Virus record (IMG/VR): IMGVR_UViG_3300009788_000007 | Location: 16,601 to 80,600 of that record | Strand: one strand, 5' to 3' | From: a virus | DNA: 64,000 bases | Part shown: piece after piece, positions 37,936-48,800 of the stretch | Layout: every line of letters starts with the position of its first letter | Position numbering within the stretch: position 1 is the stretch's first letter | Translations under genes and position numbers: made by a program | The notes under the pieces: model-generated | Seen by the model: only the letters and a program-made list of their open reading frames with translations | What the model was told of the DNA's origin: nothing | Database searches by the model: none

Positions 37936-39444
37936 TCACTCGTCCATTTCAAGTTCGCTATCATCTTGGTTTGTCCCATCATCATCGGGGTCATCATCGT
38001 CCCCTGTAATAAGTCCTAAAGCTGGGCCTTCAGCTAAAATAGCTTCTATCTCATCTTCAATATTTACATTTTCAGATAACACACTTCGGCGTTTCAACTC
38101 AGTTAAAAATGTAGTTTGTGATATTTCTTTAGCAGCTCTCATGTTAAAAAGAATTGTTAAATCTTCTTTATTGCTAAACACCACACCAAAGTCATTAAAA
38201 ATATCAAATGAAAAATCTTTAGGTAATTTTTTATTTAACCACCGCGCAGAAAATTCTGCAGATTTATTTAGGGCTTCTTCTTCTCGCCTAATCCAAGCTT
38301 GTACAGCACTCTCATTGTCATTAGCATCAATGGCCCTACCAGTAGCACTTACAGAAGGGCTTGTAATAACCAAAGGTTCAGTACCTACCACAGTCATTTT
38401 ATTTTCGATATCCATGATATCATCTTGACCTACTTTAATTGAATTTCCTGAATGTTCTACCCATTTCATATCAGCCTCATGGTTCGCTGTAGCAAATTGT
38501 GCACGAGGTCCTATAGTAATACCATTATCTACTTGTTCTTGTGTGACACCTTTAATAAAAAGTACACCTGCACGTGCAACATTAAGTAAGCTGCGTTGGT
38601 CAGAGTATGATTGCCAATGTGTAAGGTTTAACCAAGCTAGTTTTAAAAATGGTGGCTTTGCTGTTAGGTCTCCATCTTGATCTGTGTAGTAAGTAACTAA
38701 AGGTATCTCCCCAAATGTATGTGTGTCACTTTCCTTTAGAACCCAAGTACTAGAGCTATCAGCATTTTTACTTTCTTGCCATAGTTCCCATTTTGTACGT
38801 GTCCATCTTTTAATTTGTTTAACTACTTCGTCCCCAAAATCACCTTCACTAGAAATAAAACTTTGAAAATACCTTATCTCATCTAACTTTGTGTCCTCTC
38901 CCACCTTCCAGAAGAACAAATTTAACGGCGAAATCTCAGACCATACAGGCCTTGCCCCTGCAGATTTTTCTTCTGCTATTGTGGCTGTTCTTGGCACATC
39001 ATTTTTATCAAAAAATTTCATTGTGTTAAAATCTACAAGTACATGTGAAAGGCCCCACTTTAAAGATGTTCTAAAAAGGTCATACCCAAACTGAGTTACA
39101 CTCCTGCCTTTTTTATCCACATCTTTAAAAACAGCTTCTAAAGCAGGGTCTAAACCTTCAGTAGGAGCCCATGTAACCTGTTTTTTAAATGGTTTTGCAG
39201 ACAGCCTATCAATAGTGTTTCCCAAACCTTCAAACAAAAATGATCTATCTAACCTGTTTTCATATGCAGTTTGTGATTCGGCTTCCTGCTTAGGTAGCCA
39301 CTTGGTAGCACCTTTACGCATTGCTTTTGTGCCATCAAGTAAATCTGATATTAAATCCCAAGAGAACTTTTCACGCATGGTATCATAGCGTACTGAAGGT
39401 GTAGATACATCAGCTTTTTTAGGAGTACTTACAGTGTTCACCAT
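37936..39444 (-). CDS. portal protein (DUF4055-like)
   Basis: DLLDGTKAMR..WLPK..AES..AY..RL; EIPLV..Y; PPFL.LA.LNL.HWQSYSD. Confidence 0.9.
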   Translation of the reverse strand: MVNTVSTPKKADVSTPSVRYDTMREKFSWDLISDLLDGTKAMRKGATKWLPKQEAESQTAYENRLDRSFLFEGLGNTIDRLSAKPFKKQVTWAPTEGLDPALEAVFKDVDKKGRSVTQFGYDLFRTSLKWGLSHVLVDFNTMKFFDKNDVPRTATIAEEKSAGARPVWSEISPLNLFFWKVGEDTKLDEIRYFQSFISSEGDFGDEVVKQIKRWTRTKWELWQESKNADSSSTWVLKESDTHTFGEIPLVTYYTDQDGDLTAKPPFLKLAWLNLTHWQSYSDQRSLLNVARAGVLFIKGVTQEQVDNGITIGPRAQFATANHEADMKWVEHSGNSIKVGQDDIMDIENKMTVVGTEPLVITSPSVSATGRAIDANDNESAVQAWIRREEEALNKSAEFSARWLNKKLPKDFSFDIFNDFGVVFSNKEDLTILFNMRAAKEISQTTFLTELKRRSVLSENVNIEDEIEAILAEGPALGLITGDDDDPDDDGTNQDDSELEMDE

Positions 39445-39697
39445 TATTTTTTACTCCGCTTTTCTCCAACAATATAAGTGCAGCTTAAGTAACCCCCAAC
39501 ACCCCAGGCACTACCTACACACCACTTAACACTAATGTATTGATCTTCTGAGTATCTAAGCATTCGGTTGATCCATTTCTTTAGGATGATCTAAAAAATC
39601 TAGTTCTGATTCTATCTCTACTTCGTTGAAATTATCCCATTCAGGCAATAACCCTTTAAGTATTGAGAAAATGAATTCGCCAAGTGCAGCACACATA

Positions 39698-39949
39698 CTA
39701 AAAATTATCTATGGTCATATCATCATGTGTATGGCGGTCTTCACCACCTGGGGAAAATGTCACTTCAAACTTCTTTTTATCACCATCCCACCACATAGAC
39801 CAATTATGATCATGAAATCTTGAAGTGCGTGTACCGTCTAAAGTAGTTTTGCCAAATGCATGTGTTGCATTGTCATCAAGCCTTTTACCGTCTTCTTGCA
39901 TTGGCACAAACGCATGGCTATGGCCGTTAACTTCTGATGTTCTGGGCAT
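39698..39949 (-). CDS. small His-x-His repeat protein
   Basis: GHSH, FHDH, RHTH motifs. Confidence 0.6.
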   Translation of the reverse strand: MPRTSEVNGHSHAFVPMQEDGKRLDDNATHAFGKTTLDGTRTSRFHDHNWSMWWDGDKKKFEVTFSPGGEDRHTHDDMTIDNF

Positions 39950-40161
39950 TATATCTTCTTTCCTTGAGATGACTTATCGCCGTCACGTGAAGCTGCAAAA
40001 CCAAGCAGGACGCCAACAGCCCCCAAAACTATTTTCCACTCTGGGTTAGTTGTGGGGTCATCGTCAATGTAGTACTGCACTTGTGGAAAAATAATAGCAC
40101 CTGCAGTGACAACACCTGCAGCAGTAGTTTTCCAATTAGTTAAAAATTTAGGTTTCTTCAT
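39949..40161 (-). CDS. putative holin (two hydrophobic segments)
   Basis: MKKPKFLTNWKTTAAGVV...IVLGAVGVLLGFAASRD; start at the internal MKKPK. Confidence 0.55.
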   Translation of the reverse strand: MKKPKFLTNWKTTAAGVVTAGAIIFPQVQYYIDDDPTTNPEWKIVLGAVGVLLGFAASRDGDKSSQGKKI

Positions 40162-40288
40162 ATCCCATTCCTTTGCTAAAAGTATTTCAATAATAGCAAA
40201 AGAATTTATTTTTACCACATGAGGTTATTTAAGTATGATTTAGCAGCCTGCTCCCTATAGGGAGCGAGGGAGGGAGGTAAATAAATAG

Positions 40289-40320
40289 AAAAACCCCAAA
40301 TGACATAATCAAATGGGGTA
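40289..40320 (-). terminator. terminator ending the small-gene island
   Basis: ACCCCA..TGGGGT stem followed by a T run on -. Confidence 0.45.
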
Positions 40321-40368
40321 AAAAGTAATTATTATGTGCTTAATATTATAGCAGATTTCTTATCTGGT

Positions 40369-41401
40369 TTATACTCTGTTCAATCCTTCCATTAAAATTT
40401 CTAAGGCTTTGTACTGGCTGTGGTGGAAAATTGTTTTACTCCTATCGTTTGCATTCTGAGCGTGAATGTACTCATCACAGTGTTTTTTGAATTCATCTTG
40501 ATAAATCTTTTTTAATTCTTCTTTTTCCATAATCTTCAATTCTTTCTGCCCTTGTTGGGCTGTTGGTGGTTAAGAAGTCGTTTCGATAGGGGTTATTTAG
40601 AGTTGACTGAATTTTTAAAACACTCAAAACTTAAGTACCCTAGATTTAAGTTAATTTTTCTTTGTTTGTAGATATCGTATGCCAATTCTATTTCCTTCAA
40701 TGTGTATTTCATAATCTTCAAATCTTTCTTAAGCATTTCTGCTAATCAATGGCCAGCGTCCCGCCTCGTATTCTTTTAAATCTGGGGCCGGTACGTACAC
40801 CCCATCTTTTGCTTTTTTATATTTTTCAAGTGCCAAAATATTTAAGTGGTCTTGTGGGCATGTGTGCCTTGTTTGCCGCGCTGTTATAAATTTTACTACT
40901 TGCATGGCTCTGACCAAACATTAGTAATTTCAACATCATTTTTAAACTGCAGAAATAAATATCCATGTAAATTATATAATGGCGTGCCTTCTTCTTTTTC
41001 GAAATCAAAATCAAAATAGTCTATATTTATTAGTTCTGATACAAGGGATTCGCAACCCGCAACTTCAGATAAAATACTTTGATCTATTGTTTTAATTTCA
41101 CCGTTACCTTCAAAATTAAGTTTCATAATCTTTTCACCTTTTGTCATTTCCATATAACTATAATACTAAACTACTGTACAGATGTACAGCAGAATAGTAT
41201 ATATTTTTAAAATTAGTTTAAATGTTTGAATTTTGCTGCATAGTTAACACATTTTATTAAAGCCTTGGCAAATTTACGTGCCCTTTTATCACTTTTTGGC
41301 CTGTGGTCATTAAAAAATATGGCCGTATCTACCATAGGGAATTTGTCTGATAACTTCTGCTTAACAAATTCCTGCAAAAATATAGGTTGTGGCTTATTCA
41401 T
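40369..41401 (-). other. island of small early-type ORFs (40369-40530, 40729-40917, 40896-41153, 41213-41401)
   Basis: Short ORFs, several preceded by the AAGATTATG leader repeat also seen at 8.4-8.8 kb. Confidence 0.55.
41159..41191 (-). promoter_or_regulatory. promoter with LexA-box-like palindrome
   Basis: TACTGTACAGATGTACAGCA; on - TGTACA-N17-TATTAT. Confidence 0.6.
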
Positions 41402-41648
41402 AATAAAAACTCCTTTTGCTAAGTCCTGTTACTTATGTAAAATCCCCAGGCACAAAGTACCTAGGGTAAAAAGTATTTGCTAATCTTTTTTCTTTGGCCA
41501 AAATTTAGAGATTAGCCAAACTGTGATATTTAATATCACAGTAAGTATGATAGCTGACCATATGATATAGCCAATATCTCCTTGTCTTGCCTCTCCTGGA
41601 AAGTCTTTTGCAATTAATAGTAGCATAATGTATACTCCTTTCTACTAG

Positions 41649-41683
41649 AAAAAGGCCCTGTTAACAGTTAAGTTAACAGGACC
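41649..41683 (-). terminator. Rho-independent terminator
   Basis: CCTGTTAAC-N6-GTTAACAGG stem then GCC-T5 on -. Confidence 0.75.
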
Positions 41684-41704
41684 ACAAACTAAAAGACTTA
41701 CTTT

Positions 41705-41917
41705 TTAAAGATCTTTGATACCTTGCATAATAGCTTCGATCTTTTGTATAGCAACGGTATGAAAAACTACTTCTGTGTTTGCTTTTTCTTTTTTCACATC
41801 GTCTGCAGCCTTCACAGCTTCATTAGCTGCTAATTCTGCTTTTGCTTTTAGTTCTCCATGCTTCTGCACTGCTTCCTCCAGTGCCTTAAGCATTTCTTCT
41901 TTGTCTTTTTGTACCAT
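41705..41917 (-). CDS. small coiled-coil protein
   Basis: Strong RBS AAAGGAGGG; Ala/Lys/Glu-rich. Confidence 0.65.
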   Translation of the reverse strand: MVQKDKEEMLKALEEAVQKHGELKAKAELAANEAVKAADDVKKEKANTEVVFHTVAIQKIEAIMQGIKDL

Positions 41918-41968
41918 AGGCGGTACCCTCCTTTCTGGCCTTTTGGCCGGTTAGTTGTTTTGTTTTAT

Positions 41969-42292
41969 TTAGCTTAAAACATCCTCCACATTTGCTACCC
42001 ATTTAGCCTTGCGGCCATCACTAACACCCTCACGTTTACTATGTGTGGCTTTAACAATCTTAAACCATGTGTCTATCATGTCATCTTTTAATTCGTGAGT
42101 TATCCAGTCACGACCACCTATGATTAGCTCAACTTTTCTACGCAAGCCAGAACCCAGCACTACTTGCGCTTTCCAGTCAACACCTACTTTATGTTGGTTA
42201 GTTACTTGCCCTTCTATTTGGTTATCCCTCACTGTATCAATAATGTGGCTCTTACTGATGAGTGTTTCTATTGATTCAAAAATATCTTTCAT
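41969..42292 (-). CDS. hypothetical protein
   Basis: AAGGA precedes MKDIFES; track start 42337 falls within the promoter. Confidence 0.55.
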   Translation of the reverse strand: MKDIFESIETLISKSHIIDTVRDNQIEGQVTNQHKVGVDWKAQVVLGSGLRRKVELIIGGRDWITHELKDDMIDTWFKIVKATHSKREGVSDGRKAKWVANVEDVLS

Positions 42293-42322
42293 TTTGTTTC
42301 CTTTGTCAGTTGTCATATAAAT

Positions 42323-42354
42323 ATTATCGTCTATCACTGTATGCGTGTACAGTA
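42323..42354 (-). promoter_or_regulatory. promoter with LexA-box-like palindrome
   Basis: CACTGTATGCGTGTACAGTA; on - TGTACA-N17-GATAAT. Confidence 0.55.
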
Positions 42355-42514
42355 CTTTATTAAAAAAATATTAAAATAAATATAATAGTGCGTTTTTTGT
42401 AAAATAATGGGGGTTATGGGGAAATAAAAGTACAGGAGGAAGGGCATACCGACCCTTCCCTTAATTACATCCTAGCATTGGAAGATACTCTCAATAATTA
42501 ATTCCTGCACAAAA

Positions 42515-42755
42515 TGGTGGGATCTGCCAGATGTTTCCAGCATCGTGACTTTCTAATCACCGCAAAGGCTGTTAACCTTGAACGCCCATAATATGGGAGG
42601 AAGGGGAGGGACTTGCACCCCCTTTTAAATCCCCTCATCGCGTTTAGGGAAATACGGCTATCCGCTGCCTCGATTCTTCAGCATCACTTCCTATAAAAAA
42701 AATATGGTGGACGCGGCTAGGTGAGGGTGTCCCTCGATGTTCCCTACCCGTTTCC
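42515..42755 (-). ncRNA. cluster of three CCA-terminated tRNA-like structured RNAs
   Basis: GC-rich units 42705-42755, 42594-42692 and 42515-42587, each with paired ends and 3' CCA, separated by short AT linkers; no canonical anticodon arm. Confidence 0.5.
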
Positions 42756-42892
42756 ATGTAAAAATTGATGCTCGTTTGCCTCGTCACTTAATTTTAATGG
42801 TGATATTCTAGCCTAGATTGCTTATCGGTTAGGCGGTGATCTCTTATCACTATTGGCTATCCATTAAAAATAACATCTGCTTAACAGTATAC

Positions 42893-44386
42893 CTAAATAT
42901 CAGTAATCGCAATACCACCTTCTTCAATTGGGAATTTATTGACCACATAGTACCCTACTGCATCGGAAATGTGGGTTAAATGCTTTTCTGACTTTTTATC
43001 AATCTCGCCGCTGCCGCCCTCGACCACAGAAACACCTTCAAAATCTTTTACCACATGTGGTGCGTTATCGGGGTCAACTAAAAACCTTATCTGGCCGTCC
43101 ATAGTTTGTATACGTGAATTCATAGCATTAACACGCACACGCTCTGGTCCGTTTTTATTTGCAACTCTATATTTTAATCGAGTGCCAAACACAGGTTTTA
43201 ATTTCTTGCGTATCAAATCCCAGTCAGACCCGGCTACCTTTGCGCTGCCCTGATTACCCCCTGTAGAATCACCATATAAATATACATCACCTGTATGGTG
43301 TTTCCAGTCTTTGATTATTCGGTCACAGACTATCAATGTATTTGAATGCCTGGGAATATAAACTTCACCTATTACTGCAGTGAATCGTCGGGACACCTTT
43401 GGGTTTTTGCCTTTATACAATTGCTCCTGCATAACTGCACAAACACCTGGAGCGATATTAAAATCAAAGGCTAAGATAATATCTTTGTCTGGGTCGTAAT
43501 CTAAAGATTCAACGGCGTGCACCTCTGAATCAAAATCATAATAGGCCCTGCCCTGGAAATTAATAAAGAGCCCCAGGACCTCCTGCCGATATGACAGCTC
43601 ATCCATGTCAGCTTTCATGGCTTCAATTTCACTCGGGTCTAAAATGTCTTCAGCTGACCAATGGAAGTACCCCCAATTTTTATTACGCTTACCTTTGGCC
43701 TTCATTGCCAAATCGTAGTAATGGTTGCGCCCTTCAGGTACACCGATAAACCAAGCGAACCCAGGGCGGCCTATGGTGGCCAAAGCTGGACGGATATGGT
43801 CTATCCATGCAGTCTTTTTCATGTTGCCGAACTCGTCAAGTATGATGCCATCCAGAGGTGAGCCCTCAATACGCTCCGGTTTGTCCATCCCCATCACCTG
43901 GATTTTAGGACCATGTACCAATGTAATTGTCAAGTCAGATTCTGATATTTTGTCAACACAGGATTTAGGCACCAGCTGTTTCAGGTCTTCCCAGTAGATT
44001 TGCTTAGCCTGGGCTCTGGTGGGCGCTGCAGCCACAAACCACCCGTTAGCGTGCATACAACGCAAGGCTTTGATAATAAGTGCCCTTTTGCAGTATTCCG
44101 TCTTACCAGAGCGCCTGCCGGACGGTACAACGACAAAACGCTTTATTCCCGACACGATGGTGTGGTACAGCGCTAAACGTTCCTTGTGTGGCCTGAGAGG
44201 GTACCAGCGATGCCCCAGGGTGGTGTTTACGGCCTGCTGTATGGCGTCATCGGCTTCCTTGAGGGATGCAGCCTTGATCTCATTCTCACCAATAGGGTCT
44301 TTTTTGGCTTTTTTTGGGTGTTTTAAGGCCTTCTGCCCTTTGACCAAGCGCACCGATTTCTTCAAATTTACTGATTTTGTGGTCAT
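42893..44386 (-). CDS. terL: terminase large subunit
   Basis: Walker A SGRRSGKT; APTRAQAK; Walker B IILDE; GVPEGRNH; nuclease AFDFN and HISDAVGY. Confidence 0.95.
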   Translation of the reverse strand: MTTKSVNLKKSVRLVKGQKALKHPKKAKKDPIGENEIKAASLKEADDAIQQAVNTTLGHRWYPLRPHKERLALYHTIVSGIKRFVVVPSGRRSGKTEYCKRALIIKALRCMHANGWFVAAAPTRAQAKQIYWEDLKQLVPKSCVDKISESDLTITLVHGPKIQVMGMDKPERIEGSPLDGIILDEFGNMKKTAWIDHIRPALATIGRPGFAWFIGVPEGRNHYYDLAMKAKGKRNKNWGYFHWSAEDILDPSEIEAMKADMDELSYRQEVLGLFINFQGRAYYDFDSEVHAVESLDYDPDKDIILAFDFNIAPGVCAVMQEQLYKGKNPKVSRRFTAVIGEVYIPRHSNTLIVCDRIIKDWKHHTGDVYLYGDSTGGNQGSAKVAGSDWDLIRKKLKPVFGTRLKYRVANKNGPERVRVNAMNSRIQTMDGQIRFLVDPDNAPHVVKDFEGVSVVEGGSGEIDKKSEKHLTHISDAVGYYVVNKFPIEEGGIAITDI

Positions 44387-44736
44387 ACGTACTTAATTAT
44401 AACAACAGCTTTGCAAGATTCCTTGAACAAATCTATAGTGTGCCGGGTGCCGGGGGATTGGCCATCCCAGAAAGCTATGCATTCATCAGCGCGTTCTTCG
44501 ATCTCAGCATTACGGATAAAGCCTGCATCCTTGCCGTACAGGTCCCAGTCAGCCTTTAATTTTTCGTAGGGTATGTGCCAAACTTTTTTAGCCAGCTTCA
44601 CTGCGCAATCATCAGCCCCTTTGGCATCTCCGGTAATAATTTTAATACAGTCCAAATCGTAACGTTGCTTAATCTCATTAATCATAAATCTAGGTCGACA
44701 AAAATCACGACCACCAACTACTGCAAGGTTAAGCAC
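44383..44736 (-). CDS. SLOG-family (DUF2493/YspA-like) protein
   Basis: LAVVGGRDF; IITGDAKGAD; ADW..YGK.AG.IRN; AFWDGQSPGT. Confidence 0.85.
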   Translation of the reverse strand: MLNLAVVGGRDFCRPRFMINEIKQRYDLDCIKIITGDAKGADDCAVKLAKKVWHIPYEKLKADWDLYGKDAGFIRNAEIEERADECIAFWDGQSPGTRHTIDLFKESCKAVVIIKYV

Positions 44737-45367
44737 CTCGTATTACCAAGCTCATAAGCATTACTATTGCAGAACCAACAAACACAATATTACCCTGTAT
44801 TGAGCCTACCAATAAAAATAATACTGCAATAATAAACCGTATAGGGTGCTTATTCATTTTCTCTTCTTACTCTTCTTACGCTTTTTAGATTTTCTAGCCT
44901 GCTTAAGTTCTGCAGTACACGTGGTGCAGCGCTTTTTGTTGTCTACCCAAAACTGCTTAGGTGTTCTTAAGCCGCATTCTACACAAAGGCATTCAGGGTC
45001 ATGTGGCCTGAAGCCGCTTTCGTTAGTTGTACTCATAGTGTCCCATTCTACTAAATTCTAAAAAAGTATTATCGTGCACGGTAAAAGTTTTACAGTGTAA
45101 GTTACCAACCTCATCTATTTTTATAAATCCAATTTTACCAGTTCGTCTTTTAGTTTCTTTTTCTGCAAATAACTCTTGGTAAATATCTTCACTGTATTTT
45201 AAATCAGTCTCATCTGTTATTGTCATTTGTATGTGCTTTCTAAATGGTGGTAGTGTCAGTTTGCATTAGCATTTCCCCACTGCGGGTAATAAATGAGGTG
45301 GTAAAATGATTAAACAAAACCCACCCTCTAAGCCATGGCCCCATACCAAAGGCCACACTACCATATG

Positions 45368-45811
45368 TTATTTTTTCTTTTTAACTTTCTTTTCTTTCTT
45401 TTTAGGCTTAGGTTTTACTAATGGTATGCCTAAGCTCTTTAGCATAAATTCTAATTGTTTAACAGTCTTTTCACAACAGGCCCCAAACACTACATCCATT
45501 GCCATAAATTCTGGCTTAGTCATGAGCAGGCTAGCAGCCTTTCTGTATGTTTCAAATTCTGCATGTACTACGTGCAGCATTTCATGACGTATTGTGCGCA
45601 CTAAAATTTCTTCGTTTTCATGTAGTTCAAAGTTAATTTTTATAGTTGCAGTATTGTAGTCTGGATCAGGCCAACACTTACCATAAAAACTATCTTCAGC
45701 GTCGTCTATCCATCCGTATTGAAAGTTAAATATCCAATGGGGTAAATTTAAAAGCTTTTGATAACGTGGGACTTCTCGTTTAGCTATTTTTATTACTTCT
45801 GGTTTATCCAT
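45368..45811 (-). CDS. putative zincin metallopeptidase
   Basis: TIRHEMLH (HExxH) preceded by YGKC...ATIKIN. Confidence 0.6.
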   Translation of the reverse strand: MDKPEVIKIAKREVPRYQKLLNLPHWIFNFQYGWIDDAEDSFYGKCWPDPDYNTATIKINFELHENEEILVRTIRHEMLHVVHAEFETYRKAASLLMTKPEFMAMDVVFGACCEKTVKQLEFMLKSLGIPLVKPKPKKKEKKVKKKK

Positions 45812-48800
45812 TAAAATAACCTTTTTATAATTTCTAATTCCTGGTCTTCATTACACACACCGCTATCACCATCAGCCCAAAATATAACACAGTCACCCGA
45901 ACCATAAGGCCCACCTATACCTTCTCCCAGTTTAATAGCGATGCCCTCGATATCCATACTAATAATACGCACTAGGTACGCAGGCTGCAGGCAATCATCA
46001 ATAGCTTTTAAATGCTTCTCAAAATCTTCCCATCTCATTTATTCAATCTCCAGCTCTGGGCATTTGTGGTTTTGTAGCTTATCGTGGTCTTTAAATTTTT
46101 TATCACACAACATACATTTAAGTTCATTCACCCATTTATCTAAAGGGGCTGCATTTTTTAAATGGTAAGGGCTTTCTGTGCTGTACAAATCACTAGGGCC
46201 AATCATGGGCTGCACTAACGCTTTAGTTTTTTTGGCGATATTTGCCAACACTGGATTCATCAACGGGTGCTTTAATGGTAGTGCGCAGCCAGGGCTGCCA
46301 GCTTCCCCCATAATAACAGGGCCTTTAAGTTTAACAATACCACCACTAGCTAATCTACTTTTGCAGTTTTTTGTATGGCCAAATTTTAAAAAATCTGCAG
46401 GCTCTAATTCTGCAACAGCATCAGCACCACAGTCACAATTTTTAAGGCTGTCTAATATTTTTTGTCTAAACCCAGGCATATGGGGTGCTTTGGCTACGGC
46501 TTCTTCCATAACTTTTTTACCTGCATTTTTAAGCATAACCTCTTGTATATTACAGGCACATACAATCTGGTCATCTACCTTAAGTTCATAATCTTTTTTA
46601 CATGTTGGGCAGATATCCCCAGGGCGCTTTATTTCACCACTGCGTAATTTAGCATAATACTCATCTGTTAGCTTTTGGGCAATACTTGTATTCGTTGCAG
46701 GTGCTGTTGGCATGTTGGCCATAGATCTAATAGGGTCTTCAGTATGTACTATTTTTATAGGCCCTACCATTTCAAAATATCGTGACCACCTATCAGGGTA
46801 ATGGTACTCTGTAGTCCTGAATAAATCAGCTATGGCTAGTTCTGCTGTGTCCCCTGATCCTACATGCCGTAATAAATGTACTTCTGGAAAGCTTGCCCTA
46901 AAATGGTCAGTATGTTCTGTTATATTAATTTTCATTTTTACCTTTATTGTAGTAGGGCTCCATTACTTTAATAGTTTCTTCATAAAGTTTAAGTATCTCA
47001 CATTGCTTTTCTATAATTTTATCTTTCATCTCGGTCTGTTCTGTGTGACACTTAATTAATAAATCTTTTATTTCTTCTATTTTATCTATTTTATCCATCT
47101 TCTTCCATTTCCTTTAAATGTTTCTCTACCCACTCCATCAATGCAGGGCTTTCATAATAAACTTCCATAGTGCCAGTTATAGTAATACTCCCAGATAAGC
47201 CTTTTGGTTTTTCCTCTGGTTTTGGTATGGGCATAATCATCAATCAAATGGGTGGTTTATTTTACAGCTATCACACAGCCCATTATTCCTATAATCTGTT
47301 TCTTCAGTTATTGGTGTAAAACAATCATCGCAACACCGCGACATCATTAGTATGTTTGTGCCTACTGTAATAACTCTACCATCAGATTTAACATAACCTA
47401 AAGGCTTTGTGTTGTCGCATAGTACTTTAATTTGTAAGGTTACTTTAGGCACTTAAAATCTCTAATGCCATTTTATATTATTTTCAATTTCAATTTTCAA
47501 TTTCTACCCCTTCTCTAAATACTCTGCCTACAGTTAAACCTTCTTTCTCTACTCTATCTTGAATATCTTGCCACATCTTTAATTTTTCTAACTGCCATGG
47601 GTGTACATTCTGGCTATAATTATGCTTTTTAATAAATCTATTTATGGCTCTAACTTGTGTCTCAAGTTCAAATATATTCATGTACTTAAAATCACCTTCT
47701 CTATTAAAATAATCATCAATAATATTCATGTATTTAAGCTCCTAATATTTTCAGTGCTTTTTCGTAGTCAGTCATTTTAAATAACCTCAATTTCTATAGT
47801 ATTACCTCTGTGTATTCTTGGCCAGCCTTCCAGGCGTTCAGTCATACACAAAGTTAAATCAGTAAAAGCTGTAGCCTCACACATACCTTTTCCCTGCAGT
47901 CCGTTAAAGTGGTCTATATCTAGTACAAAGGCTTCGTACAGATAAGGCGCAGTACTTTTGTTTATGGCTTTTCTAATTTGTATTTTCATCAATCATTTCT
48001 ATTTCTATATTTTTTGCCCAAGGCTTTGAAGGCCAGTTAGGAAAACTTACAGATAAAGTAGCCAGTAACCCTGTAACTGTACGGCCTGGGTCACGTTCCC
48101 TATATGCAGTGTTTTTAAAACTAGGTGCACCAACCACACATGCTTGGTAAAGTTCATCTACTCCTTCATCCTCTATTCTTTTAACTTCAATTTTCATTTC
48201 TTCTTAGGCCCATCATTACGCACTGCGCCCCTAATGCCATCCATCAGCTTAAGGTAATTATCATGATGCAGCCCAGACAGTACTTCATCACTTAGGTACT
48301 TACCTAAAGTTATCATGTGTTCTTTGCAGTTGTCTATGGCCTGGGTACAACTTAATTCTTTAGGTGCAGCATTCTCGGCTTCTTTTTGCCTGCGTTGTAT
48401 TTCTTTGCCCATTAGTATTTGTGGGCATGTGCTCTTATGGGGTGTCATAAATACTGCGTTACAATCTGGGCACGGTGCGCTTGCTTCCTCTGGCGTCTTG
48501 GCTTCTTTGATATTGTCGTCTTGGCTTTCTATGCCTCCAGGCTGTGCCCCTTTTAAAGGTTTGCCATTCTCATCTACTTGATCCATCTTTATTAATCTCC
48601 TGTTACTTGTGTACTTACTTAGTTTTTATTAACTGGTTTGCATCTTCGTGGTGTCGCCTATTAGTCTTTACTGCTAATTCATATGCATGTAAACAGTTTA
48701 TCAAATATTCAGACAAAACATAATCAGGGGTGTCTGAAAAATTCTCTTGGCTTGTGCAATTTAGTAGCTCAGTAAGTTTATCATAAAAAGTTTGTCTAGC

